The translations under genes were made by a program, and so were the position numbers. From Gemmatimonas sp. (GTDB lineage: Bacteria; Gemmatimonadota; Gemmatimonadetes; Gemmatimonadales; Gemmatimonadaceae): 64,000 nt of DNA. The notes below the pieces were generated by a model. The model saw only the letters and a program-made list of their open reading frames with translations. It was not told where the DNA came from and searched no databases. The stretch is taken from assembly GCA_965279375.1 (NCBI GenBank), contig OZ257156.1, forward strand, positions 3,680,001-3,744,000, written 5' to 3'. Shown here one piece after another: positions 23,433 to 36,342 of the stretch (its first letter is position 1; every line of letters starts with the position of its first letter).

Positions 23433-24797
23433 ATGAGACTGGTTCGGTCGATTCTCTGCAGTCTGGCACTGTCGTCCGCCGCGACGGCGCAGGCGTCGCC
23501 GAGACATGCATCGGCTGTCGATTCCATGTTTCGTCAGAAAGCGCCACGTGTACGCTGGCCAGGCTTCACCCCCCTCGCCACACCGTTGGCCATCTTTGAC
23601 GGCGACTCGACCTTTCTGTTTCGGCATCCGTCGCCGCCCGCGCCGTACCGCACGACGAGATTCGGGTGGGCCGCGATGGTCGGACGCGATTCGATGGTGA
23701 CGGCGAACTCCAGCGCCTCCGTTGGCGGCGTGGTCAGCGCGACGCTGATGATCGACCAGTCTTCGTTGCCGTTCGATCCCACCGCATGGGCCGCGGTGGC
23801 ATTGCACGAGGCGTTTCATGTGTTTCAGCGCGAGCGCCATCCCTCGTGGGTTGGCAACGAGGGCGATCTCCTGCGCTATCCCTTTGAGAACGCGAAGGCG
23901 CTCGCCCTGCGACGCTTGGAGAGCGCTGCGCTCAGGCGCGCCAGTATCGCCACGAGTCGCTCCGATGCGCTGTGCTGGACACGAGAGTTTGTTCACACGC
24001 GACGGGCGCGGTACGCAGCACTCGACAGCGCTTCTCGTACGTATGAGCGCCGCAGTGAGTTGAATGAGGGATTGGCCACGTACGTGCAAGCCCTCGCCGG
24101 TGCCAAGCGCATCAACTCGATTCCAGCTTCGGAATTTGCCGCTGAGGCGGTGCGGGAGCGCGTGTACGCGACGGGGGCGGCACTCGCTCTGTTGCTCGAT
24201 CTGTTCGCACCCGAGTGGAAAGCGGAACTTGAGACGGACGATCGCCAACAGCTGGACGACCTGCTGGATCGTGCCACACGCCGACTCCCAGCGTCGCGGA
24301 CGCGTCGCAATGTTTGTGGCTTCTCCGGCAGCGAAAAGGCGCAGGCGGATTCGCGCGCGCAACGCGACTCCGCTGAGCTGCTCAGCCGCCGTGAGTCCTC
24401 GCGGAGCGCGTTTGAGGCCATCCGTGGCTGGCGCGTCAGCGTCCTCGCTACGGCCTCTGCGCCCCTCTGGCCTCAGGGATTTGACCCGAGCAACCTGGCC
24501 ATCGTGCGCGGTGGCCTGATCCATGCGCGCTTTGTGAAGTTGGGGAACAACGCGGGCAGCCTTGAGGCGATGCGCTCGGCATCTGCGCCGGTGCAGATCC
24601 TGACCGAAGCCGCCGGCGCGCATCCCTTGTTTAACGGCGTCCGGCGCGCGGAGATCGTCGGCCTCGGACCGGCCACGGTGGAGTCGGTGGCCGATACCGT
24701 GAGCATCATCGCGGACGGTCTGCGACTTCGTTTTGCACCCGCGAGTGTGCTACGCGAAGGGCAGCACGTTCACGTGACGCTGCGAACGGGCTCCTGA
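23433..24797 (+). CDS. Secreted putative zinc metallopeptidase (gluzincin-like HExxH...NEGLA)
   Basis: Signal peptide ending ATAQA; ALHEAFHVFQ and ELNEGLATY motifs. Confidence 0.75.
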   Translation: MRLVRSILCSLALSSAATAQASPRHASAVDSMFRQKAPRVRWPGFTPLATPLAIFDGDSTFLFRHPSPPAPYRTTRFGWAAMVGRDSMVTANSSASVGGVVSATLMIDQSSLPFDPTAWAAVALHEAFHVFQRERHPSWVGNEGDLLRYPFENAKALALRRLESAALRRASIATSRSDALCWTREFVHTRRARYAALDSASRTYERRSELNEGLATYVQALAGAKRINSIPASEFAAEAVRERVYATGAALALLLDLFAPEWKAELETDDRQQLDDLLDRATRRLPASRTRRNVCGFSGSEKAQADSRAQRDSAELLSRRESSRSAFEAIRGWRVSVLATASAPLWPQGFDPSNLAIVRGGLIHARFVKLGNNAGSLEAMRSASAPVQILTEAAGAHPLFNGVRRAEIVGLGPATVESVADTVSIIADGLRLRFAPASVLREGQHVHVTLRTGS

Positions 24798-24867
24798 GAC
24801 TGCGGCGCGAGTACGCGCGACGGTTGGTCGACGTGCCTCGAACGACTGTTGTCCTGATCGAGCGGAT

Positions 24868-24892
24868 GTCTAACCTAGTGTTGCTTCTGGCG
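24868..24892 (+). mobile_element. attC-like left half (R''/L''), right arm not found
   Basis: GTCTAACCTAGTGTTGCTTCTGGCG shares CTAACCTnGnnTTGCTnCT with the 23111 site. Confidence 0.4.
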
Positions 24893-25753
24893 ACGGCTTC
24901 GAGGGTGGCCACATGACGGCGACGCTGTGCAGCACATAGAACTGACGCCGATCGGCACGGCGACCACCATGACGCTTCAGCACGACGAAGACGCGTCGGT
25001 GTCGGAGTCGCCGCCCGCGGCGCGGTGCATCAGCCCCGGGACGTCCAGACGTCGCGGGCGCGCCGTGAGGACGGCTTCGATGCGTGCGGCCGCTGCGCAC
25101 TGGACATCATGCCGGCCAAGCTCGCAATGGCACTGTCCGGACCTTCAAGCAAACGACCGTGAAGGCTCTGCTCGCCAGTCGCATCCGGTCGAGGAGCCAT
25201 GCAGCACAACGCGAGCGTTGGATCGCAATCGAGCAAGACCGTGTGAAGCTCAACCGTTGGGCGCGGCAGGTCCCTCGGGGGAGCGGCCATCTGCGGATGG
25301 TGCTCTATCGGCTGGTTCATCCCAATCCTTGCGGTGGCGGTGTACGCGATGTGTCGCCTACCGCGGCGTTGAACACGCTGCAGGGGGAGGAGGCTGCTGG
25401 GGCCTAAGCTCGAGAGCGCGCCGGTATTGGATCCTGCACGCAATCGGCGACGGCGATCGCGGATTCAGGCGTTCGAAGTCAGCGTGTCGCTGTTGAGGGG
25501 GGGCGCGGTTGCAGTGCTGGCGCATTTGGTGTGGGCCGATGTGGGCCGTTGGGACCGTGCCAACGCTGTGGATTTTGGCATGTTGCAAGTAGGGAACCAT
25601 CTAACACGAAGAATGATAGTTACTTGCAGCATTTGCCCACTGCCGTTCGGAGAAATGCGTGCTACATTGGATCGAGTTGCCGCGGAGATTTGGAGCGGCG
25701 AGCCGGACTTTGTGGTTGAGGGCAGAAAGTTCGAAATTCATTGAAACGAGCCC

Positions 25754-25782
25754 TTGACCGAAAGAAACAGCTGGGTTACAAT
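25754..25782 (+). promoter_or_regulatory. Sigma70 promoter of rRNA operon 2 (TTGACC-17-TACAAT)
   Basis: Near-consensus hexamers, 17-nt spacer, AT-rich upstream sequence. Confidence 0.8.
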
Positions 25783-26025
25783 ATGAGTCTGCCGCCGAAA
25801 CAATGGCGGCTAACAAAAGCTAAGTGATGCAGCCTCAAGGGGTTGCGGAACGCTAGAAGGGAAGTAGGACGCTATTTGACAACTGAAGTTGAGATCGAAG
25901 ACGTGCGAGGCGGTGTCTATGACCTGCGGCTCCATCAGGGCTGCAGCGAGACATTACCTGATGAGATTTTAAGTGATTCGGCGCTAGATCTTTCGGGATC
26001 GCGCTGAAGAGCCTGTTGAACTTTT

Positions 26026-27551
<1,526 letters not shown>

Positions 27552-27880
27552 GGAGCGACGAGTAGACCGGGTCTTCGGACTGGCGGGTCGAAAGTCCCAG
27601 ATTTGTCGCCCGCTTCGTACGTTTCGATCTCAATTTTGGTTGGCACTGGGGCCACGGATTGCCGCAAGGCGATTGGTGGCCGTGCTATTTGACAACGGAT
27701 AAGGGAAGTGATCGTGGGTACTACCACTTGAGTTGCGACTACTGGTCGGGACTTGGGTGGCTAGGACGAAGAACCTCAGTGAGGCTCACTATCCACGCGC
27801 GGTGCAAACCGAGGCGTGGGCAGCTGACGCAACACATGAAGTGAGAAGTAGAGCGCACGTTTTGCTTGAAGAGTAGGGAA

Positions 27881-30826
<2,946 letters not shown>

Positions 30827-31078
30827 CCCCCTGGTTTTTCCAGGGGCAAGACAAGAATCACCGCAAAGCATGCGCACGTCATGCGCCCCGCTGGCTAATC
30901 CCAGTGTCGGCGCCCCATGATCACTCCCATCCGTTTGTCAGATTGCGCCCCGTGCAATTTGAACATCTCGGATCATTCGCTCTGGACCGACAGCGTTTCG
31001 TCAGAAACGCGTTGTCATAGGAGTTTGCGCGGCCACCGGCCGCAGCAAACCCGCCAGCGAATGTTCCGAAGGAAGATT

Positions 31079-31196
31079 CGCTGGCAACTAGAGCGCTTGG
31101 GCCACACCCGTTCCCATCCCGAACACGGTCGTTAAGCCAAGCAGCGCCGATGGTACTCCGGTCGAGAGATCGCGGGAGAGTAGGCCGTTGCCGGCA
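31079..31196 (+). rRNA. rrf: 5S rRNA, operon 2
   Basis: Same sequence as operon 1 5S. Confidence 0.98.
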
Positions 31197-31202
31197 CCTT
31201 TT

Positions 31203-31239
31203 ACGAAGCCCCCGTCACTCCACGTGGCGGGGGCTTCGT
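31203..31239 (+). terminator. Hairpin after second 5S, probable terminator (no U-tract)
   Basis: Same 16-bp stem as 22327..22363. Confidence 0.65.
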
Positions 31240-31318
31240 CGTGTCCGTATCCTTCGTCGACGCATTCTGCGCTGACCGACCCATCTTGCTCCACGCGCCT
31301 TCACGGCGGATTACCTCC

Positions 31319-32194
31319 ATGACACGAGCTGGCTTCGTTACCGTCGCTGGATTTCCCAATGCAGGGAAGTCCACACTGCTCAATCGCCTCGTCGGCGAGA
31401 AGCTCGCGATCACCTCCAGCAAAGCGCAGTCCACGCGACATCGCGTGGTCGGTATTCGTACCGAGAACGAGGCGCAGATGATCATTCTCGATACGCCTGG
31501 CCTGCTCGAACCGCGAGATATCCTGCACAGCGCGATGCGTAATGCGGCCCTCTCCGCGGTGCGAGAGGCGGACGTGCTCGTGCACGTGGTGGATGCCACG
31601 CAGCGCATCGTGTCCTTCACCGACGCGGCTGCTCTCGCCAAAGCGCCAAAGGCGTACGTGCTGCTCGCCCTCAACAAGAGCGACTTGCTCGACGAGACGG
31701 CCTCGCAGACGCTGCTGCGCCAGCATCCCGACGCGGTCCTCATCTCCGCGTCAACCGGTGCCGGCATGGATGCCCTCGTGAGCGCCATCACACAGCGATT
31801 GCCCGAGAGCCCGTATCTCTATCCCGATGACGAGATCTCGACGCAACCGATGCGCTTCTTCTGCGCGGAGTTCGTGCGCGAGACGGCATTGGAGCAGCTG
31901 GGCGACGAGCTTCCACATGCCCTCGCGTGTGAAATTGAGGAGTTCCGCGAAGGCTCCTCGCCGCTGTACATTCGTGCTGTCTTGCATGTCGAACGAGATA
32001 GCCAAAAACGGATTGTCATCGGAGCGAATGGTCAGCAGATCAAGAAGCTCGGCAAGGTCGCACGGGAGAAGATCGAGCGCTTTGTCGGAGAGCCCGTGTA
32101 TCTGGACCTCTGGGTCAAGGTGTTGCCCAACTGGCGGCGCAATCGCGGCGCCGTGTTGCGGCTTGGCTATGGCGATCCCACCGAGCGCGCGTGA
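31319..32194 (+). CDS. era: GTPase Era
   Basis: MTRAGFVTVAGFPNAGKSTLLN, QSTR, DTPG, NKSD, KH-domain VIGANG, LWVKV; start at ATG 31319. Confidence 0.97.
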   Translation: MTRAGFVTVAGFPNAGKSTLLNRLVGEKLAITSSKAQSTRHRVVGIRTENEAQMIILDTPGLLEPRDILHSAMRNAALSAVREADVLVHVVDATQRIVSFTDAAALAKAPKAYVLLALNKSDLLDETASQTLLRQHPDAVLISASTGAGMDALVSAITQRLPESPYLYPDDEISTQPMRFFCAEFVRETALEQLGDELPHALACEIEEFREGSSPLYIRAVLHVERDSQKRIVIGANGQQIKKLGKVAREKIERFVGEPVYLDLWVKVLPNWRRNRGAVLRLGYGDPTERA

Positions 32195-33279
32195 TTGACG
32201 TAGCACACGTCGCCATCGTCCAGCGATGGCGTGATCGGTTCTTCCGGGTGAAGGCGCGTGCTGCGGCAGCCGCTTCGATGAACGCGGCAATCGGCTGCGC
32301 GTTCTCTGCCTGCGCGCTCGCCATGACGCTCCCGTCCACTCTGTACGCGCAGAGCAACGGCGGCTTGTTCCTGCTGGCGCCGTTTGGCGCGCGAGCGGTG
32401 GGGCAGGGCGAGGCCGTTGTCGCCGACAGCAGCCTTGGAACGGAGGGGCTGTGGTGGAATGCAGCGTCGCTTGCGCGGCTGACGAAGAACGAACTGGCGC
32501 TCCACCACTCGCAGACCGTCTTTGCGACGAACGACATGGTAGCCTACGCGCGTCCGTCTCGCGTTCTCGGCACGCTCGCCGCGGCCGCGTACATCGTCAA
32601 CTACGGCGACCAGCCAGTGACGCGCGATGGAAGCGACGTGTCGTACGGAACGTCCACGAACCGCAATTACATGCTCGCGCTGTCGTACGCCTCACCAGCG
32701 GGAAAGCGTCTGAGCGCTGGGCTCACCTACAAGTTCGTCATGCTGCGCTTTCAGTGCACGGGCGAGTGCGGTGCAGTGCCGGTGCTGTCGGGAAATACGC
32801 AGGCACTCGACCTCGGCGTACAGTATCGCCTGCCCTCGGCGATTCCGGTCACGATTGGCGCGGCGCTGCGCAATGTCGGGCCAGCGCTTCAGGTCAAGGA
32901 CAAGGAGCAGGCGGACCCGTTGCCGCGCGTGTTGCAGGTCGGTGCGCGCGCACGTCTACCGATCCGTGCGTTGACCGAGGCGGGAGCAACGCTCGATGTC
33001 AGCGCGGATGTGCAGTGCTATACCGCGAGCTGCAGCGGGGACGCCGGCGAGTCCGCGCTTGGCGCGCAGACGGCGGCCCTCGGCGTATCGCTCGGATACC
33101 GTGACGTCGTGTTCCTGCGAGGCGGCTACAAACGGCAATCCGGAGAGGGTGGCGGTCCCTCAATCGGTTTCGGGGTCGAGCGAGGCGGGTTCGGTATCGA
33201 CATCGCGCGCCGATTCGATGCGCTCTCGTCGCAGTTGGGCGATACCCCGACGTACGTATCGCTGCGGGCGCGATTCTGA
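32191..33279 (+). CDS. PorV/PorQ-family (FadL-like) outer-membrane beta-barrel
   Basis: Signal ending LYAQ; GARAVGQGEA..LWWNAASLA N-terminal motif; amphipathic strands; terminal Phe; true start may be ATG 32278. Confidence 0.7.
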   Translation: MIDVAHVAIVQRWRDRFFRVKARAAAAASMNAAIGCAFSACALAMTLPSTLYAQSNGGLFLLAPFGARAVGQGEAVVADSSLGTEGLWWNAASLARLTKNELALHHSQTVFATNDMVAYARPSRVLGTLAAAAYIVNYGDQPVTRDGSDVSYGTSTNRNYMLALSYASPAGKRLSAGLTYKFVMLRFQCTGECGAVPVLSGNTQALDLGVQYRLPSAIPVTIGAALRNVGPALQVKDKEQADPLPRVLQVGARARLPIRALTEAGATLDVSADVQCYTASCSGDAGESALGAQTAALGVSLGYRDVVFLRGGYKRQSGEGGGPSIGFGVERGGFGIDIARRFDALSSQLGDTPTYVSLRARF

Positions 33280-34247
33280 TGGCGAGCGTGGCCTCATTTG
33301 TCGTGCGATGCAGGATTGATCGAACGCCGCGATCGCTGCGCACGGCGATGTCCGTTATGACCGCGGCTATTACGTCCGTGGCTGCAACGCGTACGCTCCA
33401 GGCACAGCCACTTCAGTCCACGAGCAACTGGCTCGCGGCCGGCCTGCACGCTGCGCAGCCGACGGCTGCGCCAAGCCTGGCGCTGCCAGCGCCCACGGTG
33501 CGTCGCGCGCCTTGGTGGGCTCCTGCGGCATCCGCGTTCGTGCCGGGAAGCGGACAGCTGTTGCTCGGACAGCAGCGCAGCGTCGCGTATCTGGCGGCGG
33601 AGGCCTATCTCGTCCTACAAGCGCTAGCGGCCCAGCGCGACGGCAATCGCGATCGCAGTCGGTACCGATCGCTGGCCAGCGAGATCGCGCGCAAGCCGTT
33701 CGGCGGAGCCAGACCCGTCGGACCGTGGGAGTACTACGAGTCGATGGAGAAGTTCGCCGAAAGTGGCGCGTTCGACATGGTGCCAGGAGGGGCGGTCGAC
33801 CCGGAGACGGATCCCCTGACGTACAACGGGTATCGTTGGCGTTTGGCGAGAGAGACGTACTGGCGCGATCCAAATGTCGCGCCCTCCACGTCCAGTCAGG
33901 AGTACGTGCGCGCATTGAACTTCTACACCTTGCACGCCGTGACTGACGCGTATCGCTGGAGTTGGCGCGATGCGGGACTCGAACAGAACACGTATGGCCA
34001 AACGATTACCTCGGCCAACCGGAGCTATCAACGCGCGGTCAATGTGGTCGGCCTGATAGGGGCGAATCACCTGATGAGCCTCGTGGACGCGTACATCAGC
34101 GTGCGTGTCCGGCGTTTCGGCGGCGCGGGTGTGGCCGGGCTTCAGCTGGATGGCGTTTCAACCGAGCTGGCGACCGTTGGCGACCCCGCGACCGGGCGTC
34201 GTCTGATTCGCTCTTCCGTTCGCCTCGCCCCTTTCGGCCCGCGATAG
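33279..34247 (+). CDS. Hypothetical exported/membrane protein (DUF5683-like, paralog of 8250..8921)
   Basis: ASAFVPGSGQL and ANHLMSLVDAYIS motifs; TGATG coupling to upstream gene. Confidence 0.65.
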   Translation: MASVASFVVRCRIDRTPRSLRTAMSVMTAAITSVAATRTLQAQPLQSTSNWLAAGLHAAQPTAAPSLALPAPTVRRAPWWAPAASAFVPGSGQLLLGQQRSVAYLAAEAYLVLQALAAQRDGNRDRSRYRSLASEIARKPFGGARPVGPWEYYESMEKFAESGAFDMVPGGAVDPETDPLTYNGYRWRLARETYWRDPNVAPSTSSQEYVRALNFYTLHAVTDAYRWSWRDAGLEQNTYGQTITSANRSYQRAVNVVGLIGANHLMSLVDAYISVRVRRFGGAGVAGLQLDGVSTELATVGDPATGRRLIRSSVRLAPFGPR

Positions 34248-34377
34248 TGTGACGCTTGGCACATCGTGCCGAGCAGTGCGGTTAGATCGTCCTTAGCTCA
34301 CGAGGCATCCGTTTGCGCCGAAGTCCCGTCGACGGGATTCACGACGCCCGGATCGAGGACCAGCAACCGCGAGGCAC

Positions 34378-35403
34378 ATGGCAGATCGTACAGCGTCGGA
34401 GCAGTCGGTGTTGGTCCTGACCAGTGGTCAGGCCACGCCGCCTTGGCTCGATGCCTGGTTTGATTCTGCGCGCATGTCCCGCGCCGTGGTTGCTCTCGGT
34501 GAGGACGTTGTGGGCTTGGCGCTCCGAGGCCGTCCTCGGGCGCTCGTCATCGACGTGCGAGGCGATGACGTCTGGCAGAGCGCCGCATTGCGCGCCTGCC
34601 GTCAACTCAAGGCCGATTCCTTCACGTCCGTCATACCCGTCGTAATGGTGGTGCCGGCCGAGCGTTTCGCTGACGCGTTTTCGAGCGGTGCTGACGAGGT
34701 GCTGCGCGAGACCGTCGAGTCCAGCGAGGCGGAGGCGCGCCTGACGTCCGTGCTACGTCGCAGCGATCGCGATGTCGATGTGCACCCGTCGACGCGCTTG
34801 CCAGGTGCACGCGAGATCGAGGCAGAGCTGGCGCGACGTGTCGCCGCGGGCGAGATATTCGCTGCGTGCTACGCCGATCTGGACCACTTCAAGGAGTTCA
34901 ACGATCGGTACGGTTACCACAATGGCGATCGAGTGATTCGGCTGCTCGCGCAGATTTTGCATGACGTCGTGAAAGGGTGGTGCGGCCCCGAGGGATTTGT
35001 GGGCCACATTGGCGGTGATGATTTTCTGTATGCGGTTCCGGTGGCGGCGATGCCACGAGTGTGCGATGATGTGGTGCGTGTGTTCGACGAGCTGATTGCC
35101 CTGCAGTATTCGGAGCAGGACCGTCGTATGGGATATTTTCTTGGAAAGGATCGGCGCGGTCTGCTGCACCGCGTGCCGCTCATGACGTTGTCCATCGGGG
35201 TCGTCACCAACCAGCGTCGGCGCTTCTCGCGCGCGACGGAGGTCAGCGAATTGGCTACGGAGATGAAGAGCTACGCGAAGACGCTGCCGGGTTCGTTGTG
35301 GACGGTGGATCGTCGGCGTGAAGAGGCGACGCCGGTGGCGATTCCGGTGAGCGAGTTGCTGGCCGATTCGGCACAGCGCCGTGCGGGCGGACTCGGACAA
35401 TGA
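34378..35403 (+). CDS. Pseudo-receiver + GGDEF-domain diguanylate cyclase (GGDDF variant)
   Basis: ADLDHFKEFNDRYGY..GD, GHIGGDDF, TLSIGV; receiver-like N-terminus with IPVVMV and GADEVL. Confidence 0.85.
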   Translation: MADRTASEQSVLVLTSGQATPPWLDAWFDSARMSRAVVALGEDVVGLALRGRPRALVIDVRGDDVWQSAALRACRQLKADSFTSVIPVVMVVPAERFADAFSSGADEVLRETVESSEAEARLTSVLRRSDRDVDVHPSTRLPGAREIEAELARRVAAGEIFAACYADLDHFKEFNDRYGYHNGDRVIRLLAQILHDVVKGWCGPEGFVGHIGGDDFLYAVPVAAMPRVCDDVVRVFDELIALQYSEQDRRMGYFLGKDRRGLLHRVPLMTLSIGVVTNQRRRFSRATEVSELATEMKSYAKTLPGSLWTVDRRREEATPVAIPVSELLADSAQRRAGGLGQ

Positions 35404-36179
35404 CCGTTTCGTGCCCTGACTGTCGGTCGGTGTTTCGTGTCGATCCGGCCAAGGTACCGGCGACGGGCGTTCGCGCGCGCTGCTCGGTGTGCGGTGGTGT
35501 GATCTCGATTTCTGGCGGGACGCTGCCGATTGCGGTGACGCCGTCGTCGTCGCGCGCCGTCTCCAGCAGTGCGGTCACGCCGTTGAACAGCCGCACGATG
35601 AACACGCCGCCCGCTCCGGCGGCGGTGATCGCGCCACCCGTGTCGGTGCCGGTGTCCGCTGTACCGACGCCATCGATCGCATCCCGACCCTTTGCGCCGC
35701 CGGTGGCCCCGCCGGTATCGCCTGTGGCGCCAACTCTGATGACGCCGCCAGCGCCTGCCGGAATGACGCCGCTGGCGCCACCGCGTAGCGAACGGAGAAC
35801 CCCGCCGGCGCCTATCGCCGCTGCACCGACTCCGCCGTCGCCTCCGCCGTCGCCTCCGCCGTCGCCTCCGGCACCGGGCGCCCCGGCCAGCGGAACTCCG
35901 GTCGGAGGGAAACGCTCGATCAATCCGTTTCTCAATGCCGACCCGGGCCAGCGCGCGCGACGTCTCGCCCGTGCGCTCGTGTCGGACCTGGTGGCGTACC
36001 ATCCGCAGAAGCGCGAGGACGGCCTGCGCGATGGCACACTTCGACAGCTGTTCCGCGAAGAGATCAAGAAGAGCTACGAGGAGTTCGTCGAGCAGGTGGG
36101 ACGTGAACTCGCAGAGAGCTCACCCCACTTCCAGGATGCGCTGAACGAGATCCTCGGCGGCGGTCGGAAGCTCTTTTAG
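35400..36179 (+). CDS. Zinc-ribbon (MJ0042-type finger) protein with Pro-rich linker and helical C-terminal domain
   Basis: CPDC..FRV..KVP..G.RARCSVC; long P/A/S linker; ARRLARALVSDLVAY domain. Confidence 0.8.
   Translation: MTVSCPDCRSVFRVDPAKVPATGVRARCSVCGGVISISGGTLPIAVTPSSSRAVSSSAVTPLNSRTMNTPPAPAAVIAPPVSVPVSAVPTPSIASRPFAPPVAPPVSPVAPTLMTPPAPAGMTPLAPPRSERRTPPAPIAAAPTPPSPPPSPPPSPPAPGAPASGTPVGGKRSINPFLNADPGQRARRLARALVSDLVAYHPQKREDGLRDGTLRQLFREEIKKSYEEFVEQVGRELAESSPHFQDALNEILGGGRKLF
35830..35870 (+). repeat. In-frame 12-bp tandem repeat (CTCCGCCGTCGC x3.4) encoding PPSP
   Basis: Perfect tandem copies visible. Confidence 0.9.
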
Positions 36180-36342
36180 TCGTTCGCGGCGCTGCACGCC
36201 GCTGGAAGCACATCGCGACACGAGCTAGCTTTCGAGACTTCGCGTGGCCATCCGGGCCACGTCGTGTCGGTGTCCCGGTGGGTAGCTCGACGAGCCGCTT
36301 TCCAGCACGGAAGGCGGCTCAGGTCGTTCATGGAGAATTGGC

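Noticed and set aside
24927..25744. ORFs 24927..25496, 25084..25407 and 25427..25744 as intact genes or a transposase
   Set aside because: No SD, domain motif or terminal inverted repeats visible; treated as debris and promoter region.
34990..35030. GGDD motif as Cas10 palm, or a Hypr cGAMP synthase
   Set aside because: Context is a standard GGDEF fold with no cas genes, and the specificity Asp is retained rather than the Ser/Thr of Hypr enzymes.
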